Shown piece after piece: positions 22,301-35,491 of a DNA stretch of 53,584 bases (the first letter of the stretch is position 1; each line of letters begins with the position of its first letter). The notes beneath the pieces were generated by a model that worked only from the letters and a program-made list of their open reading frames with translations, made no database searches and was not told the origin of the DNA. The stretch lies in the NCBI GenBank assembly GCA_000388065.2, contig KB932203.1; one strand, written 5' to 3'. Origin of the DNA: Fonticula alba ATCC 38817. Taxonomy: Eukaryota > Protista > Nucleariida. The translations under genes and the position numbers were made by a program.

Positions 22301-24749
22301 GCGACTGCAGGGCCGCCAGCGACCCGGCCGACAGCCGGTCCACCCCGTCCAGCACCACCAGCCCGCCGGTCAGCGCCGCGCGCACCAGCTCCGCATCCTC
22401 CCACGATGTATCGGCCGAGGAGGGATGCCGCGTGCCATCGCCATGGAGATCGCCACCGCCACCGGCCGCCGGGGGGGCCTGCTCCACGGTCACACGCCGC
22501 TGGAGGAGGTCCCGCAGGGCCGTCTCCCGGACGCACTCGATCCACTGGAGCCCGGACCCGGGGGCCCGGCCCAGCAAGTCCGCCAGCGCCGCCACCACGG
22601 TGGACTTGCCGCTGCCAGCCGGCCCGGCATACAGGACATCCCGCGGCAGGACCCCGGACCAGCGGCCGGGGCTCGGCAGGACACGCTCCCCCGACCGGTC
22701 GCGGATGGCCACCCGCCCGCCCGGGGCCAGGGCCTGCACCAGGGCCACCAGCTCGTCCTGCTGGCGGGGGAGAAGACGCGTGCGCAGGGCCGCCGCCGGG
22801 CAGGGCTCGGCCTCGAGCAGCCACCCCGTCTCCGAGGGGGCCGCCTGGTCGGCCGGCGCGAAGAAGTCCACATGCACCTCGTGCTCGGGCGGGGGGTCGG
22901 CCAAGCCGTCGGCACCGCGCCCGACCAGGACCACGCGCCGGCGGCCATCCTCATGCGTGGCCACCCGCGCCAGCTGGTATCGCGTCAGGGGGCCGGCTGC
23001 CGCCACCGATGACGACGACGACGACGACGACGACGAGGACGATGGCTCGGCCAGCTCCGGCCAGTGCGCATCAGCCACATGCCACTGCGAATCGGCCACC
23101 CGCGCGGCATCCAGCATGCCATCCTCCGAGGCGCCGGGCCGGAGCAGGGCCCCGGCGGCCAGGCGCCCAAGGGCATCGGAGTAGTCACGCGTGGCAGCCT
23201 TGGCGGTGGCCGCGCTGCTGGGGGCCTTTTTGGTGGTGTTGCTGCTGCTGCTGCTGCTGCTGCGGCTGTCGCCGCTGCCGCCGGAAGGCGAGGCGCCCGG
23301 CGGCGACACATCGAAGGGGTAAACCCGGCGGACGGCGGCCAAGCCGGCGGCCCGATCCAGGGCCGAGTCCCCGACCGACACGAAGTCCAGCGGGAAGGCC
23401 TGCATGCGGAAGGCCAGACGCTCGCTGGCGCCGATCGGCAGCAGCGGCAGGCCCAGGGCACTGAGGCGCCCGGCCCCGGCGCCCTGGGCCCCGGCGCCCC
23501 CGCCCAACAGCAGGTCGCTCGGGCTGAGGGCCAGCTGGTCGCCGGCCGCCACGGCCGGGTCCAGCTCGAAGGAGCGCCACGTCTTGCGCAGGCCGAGGGC
23601 CGCCTCGGCCGCGCGCATCGACCACGCATCATCCACCGGGAAGGAGCCATCCTCATCGGGGCCGGCGTCGCCATCAAAGCGCCACCACTCCCCGGGGGTC
23701 GGGGCCGCCAGGGCCAGCAGGGTCTCGTCATCCGGCTCGCCGATGTACCGGGCCTGGAAGCGCGACCGGAAGGGCGGGTCCAGGGGAGCCGCCCCGGGCC
23801 CTCCGTATGGCGGCACCGGCAGGCCCAGGGCCACCACATGGAAGTCCTCGGAGGCCGGCAACAGGCGCCAGGCGCCCAGGTCGTCGGCCGCCCGGCCGGC
23901 CGCCCGGCGCTCGGCCGCCAGCTCGCCATACCGCCGCGGGCTGACAATCAGGCTGCCATCCTCGAGGGCCATCTCCCGGTTCTCCAGGAGATTGTTCAAG
24001 GTCGGCAGGACATTTCGCTCGGCGCGCTCGACCCCATCCAGGAGCAGGGTCCGCCCGTGCAGGGCAGCTCGCACGGCCGGCTGGTCGGTGTACACAAGCT
24101 GACCGCCGGTCAGATCCCGGCGCTGCTTCAGATCGGCCTATTGAGCGCGGCCGGGAGAGGGGGGCGGACCCGCGTGCGACCGGGGCACCGATCGGGCGCG
24201 AGGGAGAACCATGGTTAGCGGGGAGCCCACCGGGCCACATGCGGCGGCAAGCGATCGAGCCCGGCAGGCAGAACGGGGCCCGGGCCAGCCGGCGAGCTGG
24301 CCCCGCGGCAGCAGGCCAGGCACCAATCCCCCCCCCCCCCCCCCCTCGGCACCGGGACGCACCTCGCTCGTGTCGCGGCTGATCATCATGTACTCGACCG
24401 GCGACCGCGACAGCCAGGCCTCCAAGTGGGCCAGCCGCCGGCGGACCGGCCCGGGCGGGCCAATCAGGAAGGCATCCTGCCCGAGGGCGCGCTTTTGCAG
24501 CAGCCACCGGACATGGCGCATCACCCAGGGAGTGGGCGGCAGGGCGGCCGTCGGCCAGGCAGGAACCAGGGCATCCGCCCCGGAGGGGGCCTTCGTGGGG
24601 AAGGTCGCCCCGCCGATGCTAATCCACGACCCGGCGCCCGGCCGGGCGTCACCCGGACGGTCGCCGGATGTCGAGGCCAGCGCGCGTGCGGCCACCGCCC
24701 CGGGGCTGCCACCGCGGCGCGGCTGTCGAGATACCGCCGCCCGGAGCAT
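16315..24749 (-). CDS. VWA8: VWA8 (KIAA0564)-type AAA+ ATPase with C-terminal VWA domain (~2603 aa, 4 exons)
   Basis: Exons 24749-24363, 24137-21458, 21189-20903, 20772-16315 (7812 nt). Family motifs: WLLQKRALGQDAFLIGPPGPVRR; RDTSE|ADLKQRR; ERAERNVLPTLNNLLENREMALEDG; Walker A GPAGSGKS and GNQGVGKNK; Walker B VVDEADKAP; Gly-rich GGSGGSNTAGLGGRGGPYRL; MIDAS DCSASMYRFDGLDGRL; TDANFGRYGI. N-terminus MLRAAVSRQPRR looks like a presequence. Confidence 0.95.
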
Positions 24750-25275
24750 GTCACAAGCAGGGCAAGGGAAACCGGCCTCGGGGGCAGGGGAAGGCCGAAG
24801 AAGAGAGCTCTCCAGCCACAAGCGAAGGGATCCGGAGGAGGGACCCGGACAAGAGGGCCGAAGGGGCAGGCGGCCAAGAGGCAAGGGGCGGGCCGGAGCC
24901 GGGCAAGGCAAGAGCAACAGCGGGGCGAAGGACAAACCGGAAGCCAGGGGGCTGAGAGTGTGTCCAACTCGCCGGGGCACAGCCGCGGGCCGCCGTGGCC
25001 CAAATGCCACCGCCAGCCACGCACACACACACGCACACACCTCCAGGCAGACAGTCATGTATATGGATCCGGGGCAGCCCCGTCGCGGGTCGGGGACACG
25101 CGCTCCTTGGCGTTGGTGTTCTGGGGGATCGGCGGGGGGGGGCCGAGAAGCCGGGCCCGCGCCGCACGATGGTGGGTGAGGCGCGCGCCCGCCAGCCGAC
25201 ACCGGACACCACACAGGGGCCCGGTAAAGCACACACTCGGCCGCCGCCACACGGCACCCGGGCACCCGGGCACCC

Positions 25276-25276
<1 letters not shown>

Positions 25277-25312
<36 letters not shown>
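25277..25312 (+). repeat. (AC)18 microsatellite
   Basis: Direct count; lies between the THOC2 stop and the VWA8 start. Confidence 0.95.
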
Positions 25313-25316
<4 letters not shown>

Positions 25317-25365
25317 AAACACACGGGGGAGGATCTATTGAGATGGTGCGTTGGCAGATGGGGGA

Positions 25366-28300
25366 TCACCGCCGCCCACGCCCAGACGGCCCGCCACCGG
25401 ACGGGTGGTGGTGCTCGCGCCGGTCGGCCGGGGGCGGCGGGCCTCGGCGGAGGTCGCGCCCGGGGGGGCCGCCGGAGAAGGGGCCGCCGCCACGGCCACC
25501 CCGCCGGCCACCGAACGGGCCCCCATGGTGGTGGGGGTGGGGGTGGGGGTGGTGATGGTGGTGGTGGGGGTGGGGGTGGTACGAAGGAGGCCCATCATCG
25601 GGGAAGGAATGCTCGAAGCCGGGCGGCGGGCTGCGCTGCTGGTGCGACCGGGGGTCGGGCGAGCGGCCGCGAGACCCCGGGGGCGGCGGGCCGCCGCGCG
25701 ACAGAGGGCCGCGGTCGCCACGGTCGCCACGGTCGCCGCGGTCGCCGCGGTCACCGCGGTCGTGGCGGTCGTGGCGGTCCAGGCGGTCGCCGCGGTCACC
25801 GCGATCCGAGCGCTCACCACGGGCGGGACGCTCGCCACCGCGGTCACCCCGGCCGCCGTCGCCCGGGCCGCCAATGTCCCCGGGGCCGGCAGGCGAGGGC
25901 TCGCCCCAACGCCGAGAGGCCGCGGTCGAGGGCGACTGCTCCGACGTCTCGGAGCTGGCGGCGAAGCGCCGGGCGCGGTCCTCCCGGCGGCGTGCGGCCT
26001 CGGCCGAGTCGCTCATGGCCAGGCGACCCTCGGCCAGGGAGGCCGTCGAGCTGGAGGGCCCCGGCGAGGGGGACAGCCCGGGGCGCTTGATCGGGCGGTC
26101 GGCATCCGACTGGGTCGGGCCACGAAGAGGCAAGACGACGAGCGGCAAGAAAGCGGCAAGCCACAACCGGAGACGGGTTAGTCAGGCTGCGAGGGGCGAA
26201 GAAGGAAAAAGAGAAAAACAGCACGCCGGCCCGGGGGGAGGGAGGGCGGGCGGGCGGGGAGGAAGAAGCACGCACCTCAGATACCTCGGACCATTGGCGC
26301 TTCCGCAGGCCGGATGGCAGCTCGGAGCCGGACTCCGGAAGTCGCTGGGCCGATGGACGAGCGGCCTCATCCGCGGCCGGTGGCAGTCGCGGCGAGGCGC
26401 CCTGGCTGCTGGTGCTGCCGGACGTCGAGGAGGGCGTGCTGGACCGCGGCCGCGGCCGGAAGATCTCCTCGCCGGCAGGGGCACCCACGGTGGCCGAAGG
26501 GAGGGGCGATGCCTCGCGGCGGGGCGCCGGGCGTAGCGTCGCGGCCGGTGCCGCAACCGGCGCCACCGGAGGAGCCACGGCCGGCGCCGCGGCGGCGCTC
26601 GCCAGCGGCACCACAGGCGACGAAGCCGCCGAGGTGCTGGCCCCGGCCGCAGAAGCCTGGTCAGCCAGGAGGACGGCACGCGGGCGCGGCCGGCGGATCG
26701 GCTCCCCGGCCGCGCTGGGACCGGCCGTGGCGGCCCCCGAAGACGGGGGCAGGGTCAGGCCCGACCGCGAGGCGGGCAGCTGCAACGCCGGGGCCGGCGA
26801 GGAGCCACGGTCAGCGGCTCGGGGGCCAGGGCGATCGGCGCTGGCACCGACGCCGCCGCCGGCAGCCGCCACATGCGGGAGCTTCTCCCACGCGGGCGAG
26901 GCATCGCGCTGGCGCTCGTCAGCGCGGTCCGGGCGCTCGATGCGCTCGGTGCGTTCAGGGCGCTCGGGGCGCTCGGGGCGCTCGGGGCGCTCGGGACGCT
27001 CGGGGCGCTCAGAACGTCCGGAGCGCTCAGAGCGCTCAGTCCGCTCGGAACGCTCGGTCTTATCGACCTTGTCGGCCTTGTCAGCACGCTCGGCCTTGTC
27101 AGCACGCTCGGCCTTGTCAGCACGCTCGGCCTTGTTAGCACGCTCGGCCTTGTCAGCACGCTCGGCCTTGGAGGCACGCTCGGGCTTTTCGCCGCGCTCC
27201 GAGCGCGAGGACTTTTCCCCACGCTCGGCCTTCTCGGCCTTGCTGGCCTTGCTGCTACTGGACTTGTCGGTCTTCTCGGCCTTGCTGGGCTTCTCGGCGC
27301 GCTCCGTCTTGTCGGGGCGCTCATCGGGGCGATCGCGCTCGCGGTCACGCTCACGGTCACGCTCGCGATCACGGTCGCGCTCACGGTCGCGCTCACGGTC
27401 GCGCTCGCGATCACGGTCGCGCTCACGCTCGCGCTCGCGCTCGCGCTCGCGCTCGTTCTTCCGCTCGCGGCGGCGCTCCTTGTCCGACTTTTCGCGATCC
27501 TTGTCAGCACGCTCGCGCTCGCGCTCGCGCTCACGCTCACGTTCACGCTCGGCGCGTCGCTCACGCGCCCGAGACCGCTGGCTCCCGGCTTCGGGATCCT
27601 CGGCCGACACATCCTCCCGCGAAGATCGCAAGATGCCCGAGGCAGAGCGCGAGTCGGCCTCGCTGGCGGCCGCCTCCGCCGAAGGGATGCTCTCGGGACG
27701 GCCGCGCGCACCGGCACCCCGCGATTCCTGTGCGCCCGAGGACTTGGCCGCCGAGGCTGGCGCCTCCGGGGCCTTCCAAGCACTGTGGAAGCCCTCCAAG
27801 TGCAGGAGATAACTGCCGGGCCGGGGAACCACGACCGATGTCAATATGAGAGAGAGCACAGGAGGGGGGCGGGGGCGGGGGCGGGGGCGGGGGCGGGAAC
27901 AGCAGCAAGCAACAAGCAGCGGGCAGTGGGCGAAGGAAAAAAAAAAAAAGAAAGGCACCACAGCGAAGGGGGCCGAAAAAGGGGAAGGCACAAAGGAAAC
28001 CCCCGGCGCTACACGCACCTGGTGGCCAGGGTCAGCTTCCGGTTGCCGGCAGACTCCTCACTCAGGAAGAGGACATTCGGGTCGGTGGCCGGGGCGGCAG
28101 GGGCACCCGCGCCAGTGGCCTCCGGGCCGCCGGCAGCGCGCGCATTGGCCTCATTGGTGTCGGCGATGGCCAGGCGCACGGCCAGGCTGATGGTGGTCAG
28201 GGTGGCCTCGTCATGGGGGAAGACGTCGGTCATGCGTGACAGACAGGTCAACGTGGCATTCACCACGGTGGGAATGCGGCTGCTCAGGGCCGACAGGAAC

Positions 28301-28612
28301 TGGTTGGCCAGGATGCTGAACATGACATTCAGGTCCTTGCGGTACGAGTCGAAGGTGCGCCCGGGGACGATGGCGGCCCCGGTGGTCGGGGTGGTGGTCC
28401 CGGCCGGGGGGGGCCCCTCGCCGGAGGGCTGCTCGTCGCCGGGCGAATCGCCAGCCGCCTCCGACGGCAGGAAGAGCGTGCGCACCGAGCTAAAGCTCCG
28501 CAGCGAGCCGTACAACGGCGCCAGGGCCAGCCCATCCAAGCCGGCCGGCATGGGGACCCCGGCCGCGGCCCAGGCCTCGGCCTCGGGGTCCCCCGGGGCC
28601 GGGCCAGGCCGG

Positions 28613-28646
<34 letters not shown>

Positions 28647-31600
28647 GCTCGGTGGCCCCATCGGCCGGCGACGCACCGGCCGCCGGCACCTCGGCCGGCG
28701 ACTGGCCAACAAACTCCCCCTCATAGCGGTCCTGCCAGCGGAGGAGCATGGCGATGACCAGCCGCAGGAAGAGCCCATAATTGGACGCCTCGTCGATGGT
28801 GAAGGCATTCATCTGACCGTAGATGATGCGCCCGAGGGTGCGCTGGATGTAGACCGAAATGAAGAACGGCGTGTTGGTGCTGTGCAGCAGCCGGAGGAAG
28901 TGCGCCGCGAAGAGCGCGTCCCCCGGAGACCGGACAGCCCGGTCGCACACCGCCTCCAGGATGAGCCCCTGCCCGGCGGTCGAATGGATGCCGGTCAGCC
29001 AGAAGGGCGACTCCAGGAGCAGCTGCCCGGCCATGTCGGTGACGCGGGCCCGGGCGCGGGCCCGCTCGGCTCGCAGGGCCGCCGCCGCCTGTGCCCGCCG
29101 CTGGCGCAGGGTCTCCGGCACCGGGGTCCCGGCTCGGGCCGGCGCAAAGCCACCGGTCTCCCAGGACCCGGCCGCCGGGTGGCCCTCCTCGGGGCCCGGC
29201 GACTCGGAGGCACTGGCCCCGAGTCGGGCCAGCTCCGACTGGTATGCATGCTCCGGCAGGACCAAATCCGCCAGGGTCAAACGGTGGAAGGTAACCATCC
29301 ACAGGGCGGTCAGGGTGTTCTCCGGCTGGGCCGGGGCCGGGGCCTGCGATGATTGGGCACCGCCGGAGGCCGCGGCCTCGTTGAGGGCGCTCTGCTCGCG
29401 ATCCAGGACCCCCTGCACCGACAGCAGCAGGCCATGCAGATACCGAGCCGAGGGGTTCATGGCCGCCTCGGACTGGTGTGGCCCGCGACACGAACACGCC
29501 AGCGGCCGGCCGGCGGGGGGGAGGGGGGAGGGGGGNNNNNNNNNNNNNNNNNNNNNNNNNNNNNNNNNNNNNNNNNNNNNNNNNNNNNNNNNNNNNNNNN
29601 NNNNNNNNNNNNNNNNNNNNNNNNNNNNNNNNNNNGGGGGGGGGGGAGTCAGTCAAACGCGAGCAAGGGACAAGGGAACGGACAAGCAGGCAACACCGGC
29701 GCAGAGGCCGGCCCGAAGCCAGACCCCCGCCCCCGCCCAGGGGCCACTTCCCCGGCAGGGGGGCAGCCCCGACCACAGGCAAAGAAAGGAATACCCGGCC
29801 AACGCACCAGGTCCAGCTGGCGGAACTCCCGGGCACGCGCGTCGCCGATGAGGCTCTCCAGGCGGATCTTCGGGTTGAGCTTCAGCAGGGACCCATTGGC
29901 CATGTGCAGGAAGACCAGGGGGATGTTGGTGGTGGCCACGGCCCACCGAATGGCCGGGCGCAGGACATACAGCGCGTCGGCCAGGCGCAGGCCGAACTCC
30001 CCGACCAGCTGCTCAACCGGCGGCAGGGCCAGGAACGGGCAGCCCAGGCACCGGTCGACCGGGGCCCCGGCTGCCGCCCGGTCACCGGCCACCTGGGCAT
30101 CCATCGACCCGCCCCACTGCTCAATGAAGCCGGCGATCTGGGCCCACAGCCGGGCCGCCCGGGTGGCGGCCCCGGAGCGCGAGGCAATGGCCTGACCGGT
30201 GGCCGGGGCCAGCGGCCCGACCTCCGCCTCGGCGGCCAGCTCGGCCGGCGATTGGGCCACATCGTCATCATCGCCGAAGGCCCCGTACGTCAGCGGCCCG
30301 AAGCCGGCCTGCGAGTCGGGGTCCACCATGAAGGGCGCATTGGATGCATGGCGCCGGAGGAAGGCCAACAGGGCACCGGCCTGGCCGGAGGCCAGCAGCG
30401 CCCGGCACAGGACCGCCGCCAGCTCCGGATGGGGCAGCGGGTCCTCCGTGAGCAGGGCCACCGCCGCCGGCGGGTCGGCCAACTGCGCCTCGGTGGCTGC
30501 CGGTCGGCCGGACTCGGCCCCCGGCTCGGCCCCGGGCTCCGGCCCGGACTCGGCCGGGCCACGGGCCAGCGAGTGCGTCAGCAGGCCGAATGCCTCGGGC
30601 CGGCGGAGGAGCAGCCGCAAAACCGGGCCCCCGGCCGCGGCCCAGGCACACATCATGGACAGCTCGCGGTCCGGCACGGCCGACAGGTCGGCCACCAGCG
30701 GCCGGAGCCAGGGGGCAGCGCCCGGGCGGAAGGGCCGCCCGGCCCGGGCCGCCGCCATGGCCTCATCCAGCAGGCCGAAGTGACAGGCGGCGGTGACGCG
30801 CGGCGAGGCCAGCAGGGCCGTCGGGGCAAAGTGCCGCGCCGCCGGCGACAGGTGGTCCTCGGCAGCCGGGGCCCGGGCCGCGGCCGCGCGGCGCATGCTC
30901 CGCACGGCCGCCGCAAAGGCCACCACATCCGGCATGGGGGACTGCTCGGCCAAATGCGACCCGCCGAAGGCCCGCGACAGGTCCGCCAGCAGCAGGGCAT
31001 CCGGACAGACACCGGCCTGCACCTGGCGGGCCACATAGTGCACCAGCATCTCCAGGGCCGGGTGGTAGACCACCGGGACCGGGGGCAGCCCCGGGCCCGG
31101 GGCCCCATCGCCGGCCAGCAGGGCACGCGCGTGCGCCGCCGAGGCCAGGCGCGCGGCGGCCCCGGCGGCGGCCAGCGCCGGTGGCACCCCCGGCGCGGTC
31201 AGAGCCCCGGCCAGGGTCCCGGCCAGGAAGCTCCCCAGCGCCGGCAGCCAGGGCTCCAGGGTGTCGGCCGAGGCGGCGGCCACGCGCCGGCGGTGCGGCG
31301 CCGCCGCCTGGCCCAGCGCCAGGAACAGCAGCACATCCACCGCCAGGGCGTGCGCCTCGCCGAGGGCCGCCACGAAGATCGGCACCATGTGCCGGTAGGA
31401 CTGGACACTGGCCACCACCCGGCCCAGGGTGTGCAGCGGGTCGGCCGCCACCACTCGGGCAATTTGCAGCCCCATGCTTTGGTGGACATTGTCCACGGAC
31501 ACCCGGTTGGACAGGCGCCGGAGAACCAGCTCCACGCGGGCGCCGATCTCGCGCGTGGCCACGCACGACCGGGCCGCCCGCTGCCAGGCCCCATACACCC

Positions 31601-34600
31601 GGAAGCGCTCCTCGCCGCCGAGACGAGCCAGCACCAGCGGCCAGGCCTGGCCGTGGAGCAGGGTCGCCAGGCCGGCACGGCCGCTGGCATCGTGCGCCGC
31701 CACCGCCGGCAGGACCAGCCCGGCCAGCAGGGCCAGCCAGGCCCCAAAGTGCCGGCGGTCGGGCCCGGCAACGGGGCTCCCCGCCGGGCCGAAGGTCAGC
31801 AGCCCGCCGGACGAGGCGACCGCCGACGCGGGGGCCCCCCCGGCCAGGCAGGCCCCCGGGGCCGACCCATCACCGGCCGTCAGCTCCAGCCAGCTGCCCA
31901 TCAGTAGCAGCAACTTCGCCGCCAAGACCGGGTCATGGCGCAGGGCTCCCGGGCCGCCGGACATCCGGCGCAGAACCGGCAGCACCACCTCGGCCACCAG
32001 GCCCAGCTGGGAGGCCAGCTCGGGCCAGGCATCGGCCGCGGGGATTTGCCCGGTCTCCTTGCACACCCGGACCAGGCGCCGGTCCAGGTGGCCAAACCGG
32101 GCCAGGGCCACCAGCGTCGACAGCACCTCCTGGTCGGCCTGGTAGTAGGCCGGCAGGCAGGAGCGCAAAAGGCGTGTCAAGTCCTCGGTCGCCAGGGGGG
32201 CCTGCTCGAGGGGGAGGGCCGCGTGGCGTTGCTCGGCGGTGGCGCCAAACAGGGCGGCGTCCGAGGCGACCGATTGCAGGCGCGCCGGATGCAGGGCGGT
32301 GGCGCTGTGACCGGCAGCGTCCACCAGCGGCGGGGCCGACAACGGCAAACAATCGTGGCAGTGGAGGCAACGACACGCAAAGTCGCGCGCCCGGAGGGAG
32401 GGGAGGATGTTAGTCACGGGCTCTGGGACATGACAAGAGCGGCGGCGATGGAAGTGCCGATACTGCGCCGGCCGCGCCCCGTCACAAAAAGCAAGGGGCA
32501 GGGGGAGCCGGCGCAGATGCAGGGCGAGCACGCACCCGCAATATGCCGAGTGAATGAGGACATGGCACCAGGCCAGAACCGAGGCGCCGATGCCGGCATT
32601 AGCCGCGATCTCCGGCGCCAGGCCGACATCCGTGCCGGCGGCCAGGCGCGCCACATCGGCCACCCCGGCCTCGGGACCCAGGGCCAGCAGGGCATCCAGC
32701 GGGCCGGGGCCGGAGGGATCGCCACCGGCCTGGCGAACGGGCACCGGCGTGGCCCCGGCATCCGCCGGGTGGGCCAGGCCCAGGCGCGTGTCGTGCAGGC
32801 CGCCCTCGGCCGGGGCCCCGTCATCGGGCGCCGACTCCGAGCCGCCCGGCGCCGGGAGGCATGTCCGCAGCGACAGGTAGCCGGCCAGTGCCATGGCCAT
32901 CGGCAGCTGGCCCACCCGGCACAGGGCAGTCACCAGCCACCCGCGACCACTGCTGGCCAGGAGGTACTGCGGTGGCGAAGGTCCGAGGCAGGGGGGGGGG
33001 GGGGGGGGGGGGGCGAAGGAAAAGGAAGCACACACCCAGTTGGCATCGCCGAGGGTCGGCCAGCCGCCGACATCCAGCGAGGCGAAGCCCGGGCGCACGT
33101 CCAGCGGCGGGAAGGCGATGTCGCCCTTGGGCCCCAGACGGGTCCCCTTGGCAGAGGAGCCATCCGGCAGGCCGGCGGCCGAGGCACGCCCAGGGGCCGA
33201 GGCCAGCGCCGCTCGGTGAGCCGCCCGCACGGCCTCATCATCGTTCGGGGCCAGGTGCGGGACCACCTGGCCCAGGGTGAGGATCCCCTCGCGCAGGAGC
33301 ACCGCCAGCGGGAGCGCCCGCCGGAGCTGGGCCGCCCGCAGGGTGCTATACAGCCGCCCGTCGCCCGGGGCCGGGGCCGGGGCCGAGCCAACGCCCCCAG
33401 GGCCGGCTGCCTGGCGCATGCGCACCCCCAGCACACTGGACACCAGGTCCAGGCCGAAGTTGAAGCGCCGGATCACCTCGGCCAGGGCCAGCAGCTGCAG
33501 CCCGGCCGACGACCGACGACGGGACTTGGCCCGGTCCCGGCGGAAGCGCGCCTGCAGCGCCCCCGCCTGCAGGCGCAGGGCCCCCTCGCACACGGCCTCC
33601 ATGCAGGCCAGCAGCAGGTCCAGCACCCGGTGCGGGTCCAGGTGGAAGGTCCCCAGCAGCTGGCTCAGGCGCCGGAAGGCCGCCTCGGCGGCATCCGCCA
33701 CGCCGGCCTGCAGCTCGGCCACCGCGGCCTGCCCATCGGCCGGCAGGCCGGCCGCCATGCTCGGATCCAGGGACAGGCCGACATCGGCCAAATCCAACGG
33801 GAAGGGGCCCGCGTCGGAGGTGGCCGCCGAGCCGGTCAGCCCGATGCCGGCCAGCCAATCCGACAGCCACACCAGCATGTCCGAGTACCCGAGCGACGAC
33901 TCGCGCAGGAGGTTGAAGTTCGACCGGAGGAAGAGGCGCTGCGTGCGGAAGCGGCCGAATTCCTTGAGGTAGTTGCGCGCGGCCAGGGCCCGGCCGGCGC
34001 CGGCCGGGGCCAGCGGGTCGGCCTCGGTCGCCGGCAAAGCCGGCACCACATCCAACACCGCCAGCATGTCCTGGTCAAAGCGCTCGCGAAGCTGATGCGG
34101 CAGCAGGAGCACCGCCGCGTGCAGGCCCTGGGCCAGGCGGAAGAAGCGCAGCCGGCGAAGGGCCGGTTCCAGGGCAGCCGAGCCGGCATCGGGGCCGGCC
34201 CCGCCGGCGCACCCGGCGTCGGTCTCCGCATCCAGCACCCAGAGCAGGTCAATCAGCGATGTGGACAGGCGCCCGGCCCAGGCGAACAGGGCCTCCGGGG
34301 TGCAGTCGCCCCGGGCCTCGACCCGGTCGCGGGCCTCCAGCAGCTGGTCCACGAAGGCGAAAGACAGGGCCGACGCGTGGGCATCGCGCCGGTCGAAGTC
34401 CCCGCCCAGGCGCCGCAGGGCGCTCTCCATCCTGGCATCCGGCGGGGGGTCCAGAGCGGTGGCCGGCACCGGGGCGAAGATTACGCACCGCAGGCCGGTG
34501 TTGAGTTTGGACAGCATGTCTGTTGGTCGGGGCGGCCGGATTTGGCCAGGGGCGCGTCCGGCACGGGCGGACGGACAGGCAGTCAGGACGGCGGTCAGCA

Positions 34601-35491
34601 CATTCAGCCCAGGGGGGGAAGGAGGGAGGGAGAGGTAGAGGGAGAGGGAGAGGGAGAGGGAGAGGGAGAGGGAGAGGGAGGAAGAGAGAGGGGAGAAGAG
34701 AGAGGGAGGGAGGGAGGGAGGGAAGGAGAGAGAGAGAGAGAAGGAGAGAGAAAAAAAGAGGGAGGGAGGGCAGGGGAAGGAAAAAAAAAAGGCCAGCCCC
34801 ACTACTCGGTCGCACCAATGTGCGCTGCTTCATTCAGCGGGTCCAGCGAGCAGAGGCCGCCGCTCGAGAGGGCCGCTGTTTCGGCAAGCTCAAGGCCCAG
34901 CTCCTGGATGGCCGGCGGAAGGAGGTCCGCCGAGAAGTCCGGCGTGAAGTCCTCCTCCTGCTCGGCCGCCTCGCTCCTGTCGGGCTCCTTGTCGGAGGGG
35001 GCGGCCGACGGTTCGGGCGCCGGTGGCAGGTTGCCGCCAGGCGCCCGGGGGGACGCCCGCGCCGAGTGCGGGCTCGACATGCCGGACGAGGCGCCGGACG
35101 AGGCGCCGGACGAGCCGGCTGGCGAGCCACCACCGCCGCCGCCACTGCCGCCGCCAGTGGAAGTGACAGAGGCTGCGGCCGCGGCCGCGGCCGCTGCAGC
35201 CGCAGCTGCAGCTGCGGCCGCGGCCGCAGCCGGCTCAGCCGTGGCCTTGGCGGGCGTGGTGAAAACAAAGCGCTTGAGCCGGGGGGCAGCCGGCGCGTCG
35301 GCCGGTGGGCCGGATGTCGTGGCGGCCGCATCCACCGCCGGCGCGTCCGTCGGCGGGACATTGGTCAGCTTGGCCGTCAGGAAGGGCGACCGTCCGGGCG
35401 CCGAGTCAAGGGGCTCCGACCCGGGGAAGCCATCGGCCGGCCGGTCCTTGCGGTGGCCGAGCCCCGACTCGGCCACGGAGTTCGTCGACAT
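25366..35491 (-). CDS. THOC2: THO complex subunit 2 (~2940 aa, 7 exons)
   Basis: Exons 35491-34816, 34519-33036, 32966-32536, 32304-29808, 29472-28019, 27812-26276, 26109-25366 (8823 nt, phases consistent). Tho2 motifs in the expected order: FNLLRESSLGYS, LLGTFHLDPHRVLDLLL, LRHDPVLAAKL, RFRVYGAW, VVASVQSYRHMVPIFV, TFHRLTLADLVLPEHAY, DALFAAHFLRLLHSTNTPFF, DEASNYGLFL, then a charged RE/RD tail. Start codon is the least certain part, and gap 29536-29635 lies in an intron. Confidence 0.92.
26955..27470 (-). repeat. Coding repeat block in the THOC2 tail: (RE/RD)n, 18-bp unit x6 encoding RADKAE, 9-bp unit encoding RPE
   Basis: 18-bp unit ctcggccttgtcagcacg at 27071-27178; gctcggggc units near 26960-27010; CGCTCG/CGGTCA hexamers at 27335-27470. 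Confidence 0.95.

Noticed and set aside
25700-25860. RGD repeats in THOC2 as integrin-binding motifs
   Set aside because: THOC2 is nuclear; these are part of a charged (GDR)n low-complexity run.
35171-35231. 18-bp perfect inverted repeat (hairpin) in THOC2 exon 1
   Set aside because: It lies within a poly-Ala tract; GCN codon runs are inherently near self-complementary, so no separate RNA element is needed.
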